This document shows, one piece after another, positions 10,358 to 21,589 of a stretch of 64,000 nt of DNA (position 1 is its first letter; each line of letters starts with the position of its first letter). This DNA comes from Wickerhamiella versatilis (taxonomy: Eukaryota), in NCBI GenBank assembly GCA_030867685.1, contig JAQOWU010000003.1:1240001-1304000 (forward strand), read 5' to 3'. The notes below the pieces were generated by a model, which was not told the origin of the DNA, ran no database searches, and was given only the letters and a program-made list of their open reading frames with translations. Made by a program: the position numbers and the translations under genes.

Positions 10358-11110
10358 ATGCCACAAAAAGAGAAGCCGAAGTCACTGGATGACCTAGCGC
10401 TGTTGAGGAAGCTGGCAGACAATAGTAGTAATGTTCGTGCTAAGGGTTTGCGGACTGTCGAACGGTACGTGGCCTCGAACCGAGATCTCAACATTTCCCG
10501 TACACTACGACTTTGGAAGGGAATATGGTTTGCATTATGGCACACACCAAAGCCTGCTGCACAAAGGGATTTAGCCCTCGAAATTTCAAGTCTTGTTTTG
10601 AAAGTCCAGGAAAAAAATTTGTGGATCTTTGTTAATACGTTCTGGGAAACAATGGTTCGCGAATGGGAAACCTTGGACCGTCATCGTATCAACAAGTTCA
10701 TGATGCTTGTGCGTTTCTTCCTCGGCGCTACCTTAATGCGTATTTCCGCTGACTCTTGGAATCCCATTGCCGCAGCTGAGTTCAAACAATCTATGTTGGA
10801 GGGGCCTTTGCATCCCTCGAGCATTAAACTGCCACAGGGCTTAAAGCTGCACATTCTTGATGTTTATGCTGATGAGTTCGAAAAAGCTGTGGAAAAAAAT
10901 GGAATGGCCCCGGAGGGTGTCATGCGCCTCATTTGGGAACCAGTAACAATGCAGAGCGAGCTAGCCGAACTCAAGACAATAAAACAGAAAATGGTAAAAG
11001 ACATCCTAAGTGATGACAGACTAGTGCAATGGGGTGTGGTATCGAAACCATCTGTCGAAGAAGAGAAGGATGAGTCTTCTGATGACGGTGAGTGGGAAGG
11101 ATTTGACTGA
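10358..11110 (+). CDS. RRP1: ribosomal RNA processing protein Rrp1 (Nop52 family)
   Basis: LWKGIWFALWH-x-PKP-x2-Q and REWETLDRHRINKFMMLVR motifs; acidic tail ending EWEGF. Confidence 0.93.
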   Translation: MPQKEKPKSLDDLALLRKLADNSSNVRAKGLRTVERYVASNRDLNISRTLRLWKGIWFALWHTPKPAAQRDLALEISSLVLKVQEKNLWIFVNTFWETMVREWETLDRHRINKFMMLVRFFLGATLMRISADSWNPIAAAEFKQSMLEGPLHPSSIKLPQGLKLHILDVYADEFEKAVEKNGMAPEGVMRLIWEPVTMQSELAELKTIKQKMVKDILSDDRLVQWGVVSKPSVEEEKDESSDDGEWEGFD

Positions 11111-11489
11111 TCTTATCGCAGTTATTGCTATGATTTTTTTGTCACCAACACTGGCGGCGTTCTCCACTCAGGTGAGTGCTGAGCGCGGCAGCTTCTTCGT
11201 GCAAAGGAACGGCAAAGCTGCTGGAAATGCAGAGATTTCGTTGATGGTCTCTCGAAAGAATTATTTATAAAATGCTCATTGGTAAAGCTGGTGGTTCAGG
11301 CTACAGGTGAAATCCGATGCAAGTCATGTACTAGCGTTTTCTTAAAATCACATAGAATTTTTTACTACCTCCCTTTGAAGTCTTATAGCATAGGCAGGCA
11401 CAGTATTCTGAATTGAGCACGCCGCTGCTGATTTAAATTTCTTACGAGTACTCCGTAGTGTTATACCATGGAAAACTCTTTGCTACTAG

Positions 11490-11554
11490 GTAAGCCATTC
11501 TTGCTGTACCACCAGTCATGGCCATCAGTCACAATGATTCTGCGTACTAATTAG
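11490..11554 (+). other. candidate spliceosomal intron in an apparently non-coding or micro-ORF transcript
   Basis: AG|GTAAGC donor and TACTAAT-TAG branch/acceptor, 65 nt, similar in size to the RLM1 introns. Confidence 0.45.
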
Positions 11555-11926
11555 CCCTTGATATGGGTAGCTAATTGGGCAATAACAGATAGTCCTTAGT
11601 TATTATTACTCAATAAGAGAATAGCAACTGCTTCCCGGTTAATTAGGCGTTAACTTACGAAACTAATATACAACATTCAGTCAAAGCTTCAATCTATTAT
11701 TTAATGCAACTAGACGCTATATGCTGATGATTACTGGTGATTCATGTAATTAACAATATTATGTCGTGCTGACATGTATTTACAGCGTCTAATCATAGCC
11801 TAGCCTAGCTCAGGCTATCGATTACAGTCCACTCAATATACTGCCGATTGCCGACTCCCGACTAAATATCAAGAAAAGAGTCAAGATTAATATAATTTTA
11901 GGCTATATCAGTTTTGATTACTCATA

Positions 11927-12427
11927 ATGCCCAAAGATGATTCCGGCCGAAAGACCACTAAACAAAAGCCATGGTACGCTCCTAAGGATGATGCTCGATT
12001 AAGAAATCATGGATCTGAATGGCAGGCTAAGCGTGATAACTGGGAGAAATTCTCACCAGAAAAATTTCAGCCTGTGGTTCAGCCCACAAATGAGCAAAAC
12101 CCACGGCAAGAACCCGCGCCTGTCTACGATACATACAGTCGTACCTATGGAAAAACGTCACAACGTAGTCGTGGAGATACAGCACACTATTTGCTGGATG
12201 TTACTGGTGCACCAAAATTAGATGAAGGTGGCATATTATTATCGGCATCAGATAAACTGGCACAAGAAAAAGAGAAAGAGGACAGCCTACCTATATACAA
12301 GGAAGATGTTTTAGAGAACGGACATAAGTCCGTTTGGGGATCCTGGTGGTGTAATGGAAGATGGGGCTATGACTGTTGTCGCCAGATCGAGAAAGATGCC
12401 CAATGTAAGCAGGCTGCATCCACCTAA
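11927..12427 (+). CDS. SLU7: pre-mRNA splicing factor Slu7, miniaturised
   Basis: Slu7 blocks in order: KPWY, W-x-AKRDNW, DTAHYLL, YKEDV-x2-NGHKSVWGSWW...WGYDCC. Confidence 0.82.
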   Translation: MPKDDSGRKTTKQKPWYAPKDDARLRNHGSEWQAKRDNWEKFSPEKFQPVVQPTNEQNPRQEPAPVYDTYSRTYGKTSQRSRGDTAHYLLDVTGAPKLDEGGILLSASDKLAQEKEKEDSLPIYKEDVLENGHKSVWGSWWCNGRWGYDCCRQIEKDAQCKQAAST

Positions 12428-12477
12428 CCACGGCATACTCGCAATTTTTTGCTTGGTAAGCATTATTAATTGGGTGC

Positions 12478-14454
12478 ATGAAATACGGGAGCCAGCTGTC
12501 AGGCCGCAGTGTTCCAGAGTGGAAGGCCCATAATATTTTATATGAGGAACTGAAACAAGAGATTAAGGATGCCACATCAAAGAACGAGTTTGATCCTGCC
12601 AAATTCGAGGCGCTCTCAAAATTCTTAGAGGGGGAGCTATCAAATGTTAGCCTCTTTGTCCGATCCAAGCTTGGAGAGGTCGATTATAGGATCCAAAATT
12701 GCCAGGAAATAAGTGACGAGTACGTTCTCAGAAGAGAGATCGCGCATCTAAACACTGATATCCAGAGACTGGCAAGATTTATTGGGGCTCAATATATTGG
12801 CTTCAGGAAACTCATAAAGAAATACCGTCGTCATGCGCCACCAGACACACCTCCTGAATGTATGTTGGATGATCTTGAACGCCACCTCGAGACTCCAACC
12901 TCATTTGCCAAGGTTGATTTGACGCCGAGGTATGTACAATTGGCCGTTCTCTATAATGCCCTCCGGGGTGGTACCACAATACAAGAAGCCCCTCAGGCCG
13001 CTCCTGAAAGCAATTTAGCTTCACCAGCTTCGCAAATTATCCAATTTGATCTAGAGACGCTTTGCATCTCTGACGTGCAGAGGTTCTGGATTCATCCAGA
13101 AAACCTTGTAGAATTGAAGGTGCTACTCCTTAAGAACATGTCACTGGTTCATGAGGCTTCTGAAAATGAGGCAAGTGTTGTTGAATATATAGACACTCCT
13201 GAGTTTGAATACGCACGGCTCCTGCGAGAACCTGCTCAGGTCAGACAGATATACCTCGGTAAAGATGCATCCACTCCAGTTCTGTGTGCTCCAAGAAGTG
13301 GAATAAGGCCGATATGCACAGCTCACTTAACTCCAAACCTCCTGGAGCGGATACGCGATGGTTCGCTATCAAGCGATGCTCTTGACGGCCAGGACATGGA
13401 TGGTCAGCTAGCCCTTGGATGGGTTCTCACTAGGAAGGCACGACCTTCCTGGACACTTAAGTGTCGCATTTCACGATTTAAGAGTTTTGAATCATCTGAA
13501 TCGGCGGCCCGGGCACGGGCCCAGCTAGATTGCGATATCCCTGGTTTTCCATATGCTGTACTAGAAGTCAGGGCCCAGGGAGAAGCTTCTTGGCTTGAAG
13601 ATCTTAGAAAGAGTCATTTGGTATTCCCTGTTTCTAAGTCTTTTTCTCTCTACGCGTGGGGGCTTATGGACAAGGGACTTCTAGATGCACGGCCTCGCTG
13701 GTTGGACTCGTTGCTCACAGGAGAGGAAATCCGACGGTTGCCTTCAGCAAAACCGAAGGCTTTACATCCTAAACCTTCCCAACCAAATTTCATGACCAGT
13801 GCCCGTAACAGTAACGAAGAAGACCAAACCAACACTGGCCCACGGTACTGGAATGAATTTGACGATGGTGATGAGAATGAGTTTAATGGCCTTTTTATCG
13901 ATGCTGAGGACGAGGAATTTGCGCGTGAACATCGGGCATCCAGAATAACTAAACCAATATTTGCTTTCCGGCGTGGCGTGAAGCAGGGACTCAGGGGGTT
14001 GAAAGCTCGCTGGCACTCTTCAGATAACGCCTCGGACACTGATTCCACTACAGAAACTCCGCCATCTCTTCAATATTCCCCTCGCATCAGACCACAGAGT
14101 CCTGTGGCCAGTCCAGAACCTATGACGAGAGATGTTTTCTTGTCTGTACTCACGGCACTTTGTCTTTCTGTTTCCTTGACTATTGTTGGTTTGGTCTACG
14201 CTATTTTGATCATGGATGGTACGGAAGGCTTACTTCCTCCACTTCGATGGACTCTGGTTGTTTCACTCATATTTGCTCTTGCGAGCGCTGCAGCAGGCGC
14301 CGCTATTTTTAATCTCGAGGGTGAGCCAGCTTGGCATTCACAAATTGTGGTGCACTCAGCCTTATTTACAGTATTTTGCTTTGGTGTTGGTGCGGTCGTA
14401 TCATTGACTCTTCCACCGTTAAGCATTGATAGCTATTCTATCCACACACGATAA
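12478..14454 (+). CDS. VTC5: SPX-domain vacuolar transporter chaperone subunit, Vtc5-like
   Basis: MKYG...VPEW...YEELK SPX start, GFRKLIKKY, FWIHPENLVELK, FPYAVLEVR, RYWNEFD and three C-terminal TMs. Confidence 0.8.
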   Translation: MKYGSQLSGRSVPEWKAHNILYEELKQEIKDATSKNEFDPAKFEALSKFLEGELSNVSLFVRSKLGEVDYRIQNCQEISDEYVLRREIAHLNTDIQRLARFIGAQYIGFRKLIKKYRRHAPPDTPPECMLDDLERHLETPTSFAKVDLTPRYVQLAVLYNALRGGTTIQEAPQAAPESNLASPASQIIQFDLETLCISDVQRFWIHPENLVELKVLLLKNMSLVHEASENEASVVEYIDTPEFEYARLLREPAQVRQIYLGKDASTPVLCAPRSGIRPICTAHLTPNLLERIRDGSLSSDALDGQDMDGQLALGWVLTRKARPSWTLKCRISRFKSFESSESAARARAQLDCDIPGFPYAVLEVRAQGEASWLEDLRKSHLVFPVSKSFSLYAWGLMDKGLLDARPRWLDSLLTGEEIRRLPSAKPKALHPKPSQPNFMTSARNSNEEDQTNTGPRYWNEFDDGDENEFNGLFIDAEDEEFAREHRASRITKPIFAFRRGVKQGLRGLKARWHSSDNASDTDSTTETPPSLQYSPRIRPQSPVASPEPMTRDVFLSVLTALCLSVSLTIVGLVYAILIMDGTEGLLPPLRWTLVVSLIFALASAAAGAAIFNLEGEPAWHSQIVVHSALFTVFCFGVGAVVSLTLPPLSIDSYSIHTR

Positions 14455-14607
14455 TGTTAAAACGTTTTGTGGTTTAGAACTTGCCTTTTTTATATATTGA
14501 TGATGGAAGATAATGCTTAAATTAGTCTACAAATAGATTAATGTGAATAATTATTATAGTAATAAAAAATAGACGATGGATGATAACCCCGTCGCCTGCG
14601 ACAGGGA

Positions 14608-15345
14608 CTAGTGCATCTTTCTAAGATGATCCTTGAGGGAGGTATCGCGTGCGTATTCTTTGCCACATTCAGAACACACGTACTTCTGGCCCTCATGTTT
14701 TGACAGCACATGGCGTTTTAGATCGCTGGCATAAGAAAAAGTCGCACTACATTCTTCACAATGTATTCTAGCTGATCCTTCTGTATGCTTGGCACGTATA
14801 TGCCGTCGAAGAACGTACGCCGTACTGAGGACTGCACTGCAATGAGGGCATTTAAAATCTGGACCACCTGCTAAAAGGCTTGCTCCAGGGCTACCATCAC
14901 CATGATGATGGTCTGGGGACAGGGCAGATGTAGAATCTTCACCTTCAGAATCATCGCAGCTTCGCGAATCGGCCTGCGCGTATCTTGGAATAGTAGAATT
15001 GCCTCGATCCTGGGGCATCATTGGCAAATAAGGGCCAGCCATCGGATGAATACCTGCTGGGTGCGTATTTTCCGACAAAGAGGGTACATTAATACGATCA
15101 GAGGACTGAAAACGCAAATTTGGAGCCACAATACGCGAAACTGGTGTTAGGCTTGGTGTTAAAGGCGTATTACGCGTCGGCTGGCCCGTGGGTACTCCCG
15201 CGCCAGAATTTCGCGGTTTTTCATGAGTGCGACAGTAAAGAAGGGTATCATAATCATCTGAGAGCTGGGCATACTCCTGTCGTAATGCAGTATATCGTTT
15301 TAATAATAATTGATATTCTGGCTGCTCATACAAGTCACCATTCAT
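14608..15345 (-). CDS. C2H2 zinc-finger transcription factor (three C-terminal fingers)
   Basis: CPHC...H-x4-H, CEEC...H-x4-H, CSEC...H-x4-H; short N-terminal coiled-coil-like segment. Confidence 0.85.
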   Translation of the reverse strand: MNGDLYEQPEYQLLLKRYTALRQEYAQLSDDYDTLLYCRTHEKPRNSGAGVPTGQPTRNTPLTPSLTPVSRIVAPNLRFQSSDRINVPSLSENTHPAGIHPMAGPYLPMMPQDRGNSTIPRYAQADSRSCDDSEGEDSTSALSPDHHHGDGSPGASLLAGGPDFKCPHCSAVLSTAYVLRRHIRAKHTEGSARIHCEECSATFSYASDLKRHVLSKHEGQKYVCSECGKEYARDTSLKDHLRKMH

Positions 15346-15469
15346 GTTGAGGTGACTTCAAAAGAATATACCCTAACCTGGGTAAGTCTGACTAGCACTT
15401 CAATCCTTCTTCAACTTCCTCTGGTTCTTTCATTAAGTTGACTATAATATTATTTTATAGCTATGGGTT

Positions 15470-16654
15470 TTAATGTGAAGTCATTCGACCAAATTTACGT
15501 ACACAGAGGCTCTCCCCAGATTCAAGATATTCATCTCGCCGAATAATCCATTCATTAAAATCTGGTCGAGATGCAAGTTTGCAACCTCCCTGCCATGCAC
15601 TTTCTATCTTTTGAGGGGGCTCGTATATTTTTATCTCGCATTCCTCTGGTGCCAGATGCCGAAGCTCTGAATGCAATCGAGAGGCCAGTCCTGGGAGCTG
15701 AGCCGTGCCTCCAGCTAGTCGAATATTGGCCCATAACAGGGGCTGTGCTTCCACCGGGGTAGAATTAATAGCTTCTGCAATTGCTAAATGGAGGCCAGCC
15801 TGATTCAGTCCAAGCTGACGAGGGTCAAATAATGCCTCGGGGATCGTGAAAGGCTCGTTGCCTAAAACCAATGCCTGTTGAACTCCGCCCTTGGCTATTC
15901 TGCGTGCCTCGTCAGGATCGTGAACTACACGGCCCGTCCGGTCTATGTGATCTGGAAGAATATATCCTAGCGCATTTTGACGCCTATCATGATACCACTT
16001 ATCAAGCTCCTTCTGGAAATCTTGGGCAACATAACACACTCTCTCCTTCATCACAGAGAGCAGTGCACTCTCTTCCAGCATATTATAATAACGAAAGCTC
16101 ACAGTCTCTTTTAAATAGTTGGTCAATACCTTGCCGCCAACATCCAGGCGGCGCGTGGCCGGATATTGAATATGTCCCTGGATAATCGGAGCACAGATAC
16201 TACCCTGGAAACCACAATCCACAACGAGTTGTGCATCAGATTCTGGACCATCCCAGCCCACTAATTCTTGCGCTGCGCATCTCCTATAGCCAGCAAATTC
16301 GTATTCCTCGAGAATTATTTGATCAGTGTTCGTGGTGAGCTGCGGAAGCGTATAAGGAGCCTCAGTGAGTAAAAGCGTCGTTTCGCTAGGTATTACATCC
16401 CCCAAAGTCTTCGTTTCAAATATATAGTCCCATATTGCTTTTTCCAGTTCCCAGGAGTAGAGCTGTCCCTTGTCAATGGGTCGGCGATACTGTAGTGATG
16501 CGAGGTCACGGCACTGTAATACGTCGTTTGCCATCCAAACCCGTCTATCACGGGAACGCATCAGTGCATTAATCACATGAATGCAATCCCCTCCTACGTG
16601 GCCAGCCTTTATTTGGTATGAACCATTGTCCAAGACCAGCGTTCGGGCTGACAT
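15470..16654 (-). CDS. ARP6: actin-related protein 6 (SWR1 complex)
   Basis: LVLDNGSYQIKAG, RRPIDKGQL-x2-WELEKAIWD and RLDVGGKVLTNYLKETVSFRYYN. Confidence 0.93.
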   Translation of the reverse strand: MSARTLVLDNGSYQIKAGHVGGDCIHVINALMRSRDRRVWMANDVLQCRDLASLQYRRPIDKGQLYSWELEKAIWDYIFETKTLGDVIPSETTLLLTEAPYTLPQLTTNTDQIILEEYEFAGYRRCAAQELVGWDGPESDAQLVVDCGFQGSICAPIIQGHIQYPATRRLDVGGKVLTNYLKETVSFRYYNMLEESALLSVMKERVCYVAQDFQKELDKWYHDRRQNALGYILPDHIDRTGRVVHDPDEARRIAKGGVQQALVLGNEPFTIPEALFDPRQLGLNQAGLHLAIAEAINSTPVEAQPLLWANIRLAGGTAQLPGLASRLHSELRHLAPEECEIKIYEPPQKIESAWQGGCKLASRPDFNEWIIRRDEYLESGESLCVRKFGRMTSH

Positions 16655-16891
16655 ATCATGTTCAGTTTACCGCGATGCGTGGTTTTTTGTAATTAATTTC
16701 CACTCTGCCAGGATAACTATAGAAAGAGACAAAAACATTATAGGTCCTCATGATTTTTTTTCATGAAAAAGCATCAAAATATCTAAAAGAGAAAAAAAGG
16801 TATCAATACTTTTCAACAAAGGTAGGAGAGTCAGGGACCATAATACGTATATAGAGCTAGCCAGAAAAATTAGGCTGTTACAGGCTAGTGA

Positions 16892-17821
<930 letters not shown>

Positions 17822-18037
17822 ACTGAAAAGATCTTATGTCAAGTCCATTATCTTACTTGGCTAGTTATTTGCTTTTTGACATCTAATTATTTAGTTTAGG
17901 ATCTAACATGTATGGGGAAACCCGCTTCTTGACACCCAGAATATGCATTCTGCAGCAGTGTCCTTATTTTTCTCATGCTGAACCTGACAGCGGTAAGGGT
18001 AGGCACCACTCTGTTAGTCAGATACGCGTTCGTCTCA

Positions 18038-20764
18038 ATGTCTCCGGATGGACAAGCACGGCCAATACCGTCGACACCGGAGCTTGGGACGCTAGAAATA
18101 CATGAGCAGGTGGTAGCTCTTGACCGTGATAACTGGCGTCTGCGTGAAGAAAATGCAGCCCTACGAGCAGGCCGGGGTATCCCATCAGTCTCTGTGTCTG
18201 ATAGTATTCCAAGCAAAGAATCAGAGAGTGCGAAGCTGCGGGCCCAGCTAGAGAAGGCACAAGAAACAATTTCGATAAACACGCGTGAATTGCGGGATGC
18301 AGAGGCTGCACATACAGCTTTCTCACAAAATACTGAGACGCGTAACAAGGAGCTTGAAAGTAAAGTATCTGTTCTCGAGTCAACGGTAGACAAGGTTCGA
18401 TCACATACGAATAATGTTGAATCTCAACTCAAGTTGTCGCAAGCTCGTGTTAAAGAGCTCGAATCACAGCAAAAGGAAGCAGAAAGCAGAGATATAGGGG
18501 AAGCTGCCCACACGACTAATGAACTCCAATCTAAAATTGCGGAACTCCAGTCAAAACTACAAGAGTCCCAGGCACAGAATAAAGATTTGGAGAATGAACT
18601 AGATTCAACTGTGCAAAATGTCAAGAGCCTTGAATCCCGTTTAGAAAGTGTTCCTTCCATACCCGCTCGTGAGCTTGATGATGAAAGACAAGATTGGCGG
18701 AAACGTGCTCTAGATGCACAATTCGAAATAGCTGAACTTGATTCTGAGCTTAAGGCTGCAAAGAAGCAGGTTTACTTATATTCACGTGGACCGATGGTTC
18801 TGTATGGCAGAATCAAAGAATGCCTAGCTGCTGCAAGTCAGCAAAAGGCGGAGTCAACTGAAAAAAGAGCTCTGGAGGCTGAAGCTAAAGCTGCGGAAGC
18901 TGCCAGAATGGCGCGGCAGGCTGAGGCCGAAGCTGAGGAGGCTATTGCATCGTCATCACAAGAAATTCGAAGCGTTCGCCGTGCAGCCTCTGACGAGGTT
19001 AAGGCTGCAGAGGCAAGAGCTAGCCAGCAAATATCAGTTGCAGAATCAGAAACTCGTGAAATGCGGCATCGTATGGAAGCAGCTCTGAAATCCGCTGAAG
19101 CTTCTCGTAAGTCTTGCGAAGATGCGAAGTCCATGGCGCAGATTGCGGTTCAAGAACGTGAAGATGCTGTGAAGGCTTTTGCGGAAGCGAAGGCGCGTAA
19201 GGAGGAAGCTGAAGCTGAAGCCAAGACTGCCATTCGAGAAAAAGAAGCCGCTGTGGCTGCTCAGGTCGAAGCAGAGTCGGCCTCTCAACGACATAGGCTT
19301 GCCGCTGAGTCTGCAGACCGTCGCCGTGAAAGTGCTGAGGCTTCACTGAAGGAGTTTGAGGCTGTAATTCGTCGTCTAAAAGCAGACCTGATCTCTGCTC
19401 AGACTGCTGTTACCACAACTGAACGGAACTCTCGTGAAAAATTGGCAGATGCGCAAGCGAAGTTAGAAAAGCTCAATGATCAGTTGGAATCAGCACAAGA
19501 AGCTCTCAGACGTACCCAAGGTGACTTGGGGGTCGCTCAAAATCGCATCACGGATTTAGAATCCTCCCTTCAGATATCTCAAGCCGATCTCCTTTCAGCG
19601 AGAGAGCAGGTACAAGCGCAGTCAACTGTCGCAACTCAGCTAAGCCGGAGCTTGGAGGGCGCTCAAAGACTCGCAGGCAATGCTGAGGAAGCTGATAGAG
19701 AATTGAAATTACTGCGAACTGAATACCAAAAGGCTATAGAGGAAACTGAAGCTCTCCGTCGCACCACTGCAGACCAGGCAGTACGATTGCGAAATTCTCC
19801 ACAGCAGTTAGGTGAACTACAGGACGAATTGCTGCAACTAAGAGAGCAGGCCCAGGGTGCTTCATCTGAATTAGCCCAATTGAAGGGTAAAGAAAATGAG
19901 CGCTTCACTAAATACAGAGAAGCGCTCGAGGCAGAGGCGCAAAACGTTGTGAGCCATTACGAGCGGATGTACCGTGCTGATTGTGAGCTTTTGCAGCGTC
20001 AAGCTACTGATCTTGAATCTAGGCTGCAGGAAACCGAACGTCGGCTTGTCGAGGCAAGGGAACAGCTTGTGGAGGCTCGTGGAAGTAGTTCTCGCACAGA
20101 CCTACAATTGCGCGAGCTTCAGATCGAGATTTCATCATTGCGCCAAGCTCTGGCTGTTGCTGAAGGTGGTGCGTCACGACTAAGGACTGAGGCAGAGGGG
20201 GTTGCAAATATGGAGAAGCAGATTGCTGCTGCACAGCATGAGTTAGCAACATACGAAGCGACGGCCCGTAATGAGATTGCTAAACGGGATTCAGAACTGG
20301 TGGCCAAAGAATCGTTGTTTAACAAGGCGACCAGTGAGATCGAGTCACTTAAGCATCAACTTAAAGAAGCTGAAATTAACAGCTACAATGCATTGAACCG
20401 CCTACAACACTTGCAAGAAATAGAGAATGACAACAGTAAGCTTCTCTCCCGTGTTGAGTCGTTGAGACGTGCTGCACAAATCACCCACCGATACCTCACT
20501 GCAGTCTGCTCATTGCAGTCACGTCAAATCGCTCGTTTGCGACTGGCAAAGGAATGGGCTTCTGGAGAACTACGTTCTCGAGAGGCCAGACAATTAGAAA
20601 TGATGCGCAGAGCTCAAGTGCCGCCTCCCTCAAAACCAATCTCACTTGCAGCGGCATTCAATACAGTTCTAGCGGCAGTACGTTTTACACGACCGACTCC
20701 CGTCCCAGAGGACTTGGCACTTCATAAAGTGTATGAACATTTAGACAAGGACTATTTATTGTAA
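18038..20764 (+). CDS. long coiled-coil spindle pole body protein with PACT-like C-terminus (Spc110/Pcp1-like)
   Basis: About 800 aa of heptad-rich coil ending in LRLAKEW...SLAAAFNTVLAAVRF, resembling the calmodulin-binding PACT motif. Start is 18038 or 17975. Confidence 0.65.
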   Translation: MSPDGQARPIPSTPELGTLEIHEQVVALDRDNWRLREENAALRAGRGIPSVSVSDSIPSKESESAKLRAQLEKAQETISINTRELRDAEAAHTAFSQNTETRNKELESKVSVLESTVDKVRSHTNNVESQLKLSQARVKELESQQKEAESRDIGEAAHTTNELQSKIAELQSKLQESQAQNKDLENELDSTVQNVKSLESRLESVPSIPARELDDERQDWRKRALDAQFEIAELDSELKAAKKQVYLYSRGPMVLYGRIKECLAAASQQKAESTEKRALEAEAKAAEAARMARQAEAEAEEAIASSSQEIRSVRRAASDEVKAAEARASQQISVAESETREMRHRMEAALKSAEASRKSCEDAKSMAQIAVQEREDAVKAFAEAKARKEEAEAEAKTAIREKEAAVAAQVEAESASQRHRLAAESADRRRESAEASLKEFEAVIRRLKADLISAQTAVTTTERNSREKLADAQAKLEKLNDQLESAQEALRRTQGDLGVAQNRITDLESSLQISQADLLSAREQVQAQSTVATQLSRSLEGAQRLAGNAEEADRELKLLRTEYQKAIEETEALRRTTADQAVRLRNSPQQLGELQDELLQLREQAQGASSELAQLKGKENERFTKYREALEAEAQNVVSHYERMYRADCELLQRQATDLESRLQETERRLVEAREQLVEARGSSSRTDLQLRELQIEISSLRQALAVAEGGASRLRTEAEGVANMEKQIAAAQHELATYEATARNEIAKRDSELVAKESLFNKATSEIESLKHQLKEAEINSYNALNRLQHLQEIENDNSKLLSRVESLRRAAQITHRYLTAVCSLQSRQIARLRLAKEWASGELRSREARQLEMMRRAQVPPPSKPISLAAAFNTVLAAVRFTRPTPVPEDLALHKVYEHLDKDYLL

Positions 20765-20815
20765 TTCTTAATTTCTTTTTTTAATCGTAAGAGACATTAT
20801 AGAGAGACAACTTAT

Positions 20816-21226
20816 TTAAAAGAGATGGTCGAGAAGATATTCCTGTTCTGCATAGGGATAGGCACGAAAAACACGGAATCCGAGGCCTCTCAGTGTATCC
20901 TGGGAATATTCAGGTGGGGCAGACTGTGCGCTTAAAGTTCTAAAAACATTTGGACTTACACCTTCACTCATGAGTCTCGAAACCAGCCTAGCTTCCTCTT
21001 GAGGTGTGATATTTCGAGTTGCTACCTCGGTATAATGTGAATCTTGACTTTTCAAAAATCCAAATCCCCATAAGTACATAATAATCCTGTCCCACCATAC
21101 AAAAAGATCTTGGACATTATGGCATAATCCGTAACACTTCAGTCGGTTGAGAATTTGATCTGTTTGCTTGTCCAGAATATTTTTAGATACGCAAAGGTTT
21201 TGAAAGTCATATACTATACCATCCAT
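20816..21226 (-). CDS. hypothetical protein, 136 aa
   Basis: ATG ORF in an otherwise empty slot, convergent with the coiled-coil gene; no family recognised. Confidence 0.5.
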   Translation of the reverse strand: MDGIVYDFQNLCVSKNILDKQTDQILNRLKCYGLCHNVQDLFVWWDRIIMYLWGFGFLKSQDSHYTEVATRNITPQEEARLVSRLMSEGVSPNVFRTLSAQSAPPEYSQDTLRGLGFRVFRAYPYAEQEYLLDHLF

Positions 21227-21589
21227 TCATGCCACCCACCTATTCAACTTACTATCCCCGTGCAACCGCGCTTACTACACAAGGAATGGAGTAGAAAATC
21301 AATAATCCTTATGTTGAATCTGTTTACACAAAAAATTAGATTAATGTGAGCTTTTCAATTGCGGTTACCTCACTATGAAGCAATCGCACTCAATAAAGCT
21401 GCTATACTCAATCTTGCCTAATAACTCCTTCTTACGAATAGAGATATCCTGCTCAAAACAAGTCATGTGAGGACGTGTCGAGACCGGCAGAAGGCGGGGA
21501 AAAATAAATAAATATAAATACTTACTTCGAAGAAATTTTATCTCATAGCTTCAGTCCATACTGCTGCCTACCCAGGAAGTAGCACGGGC

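Noticed and set aside
17975-20764. Coiled-coil protein as a second SMC or a myosin
   Set aside because: No ATPase, hinge or motor motifs; the C-terminus fits a PACT-type spindle pole protein.
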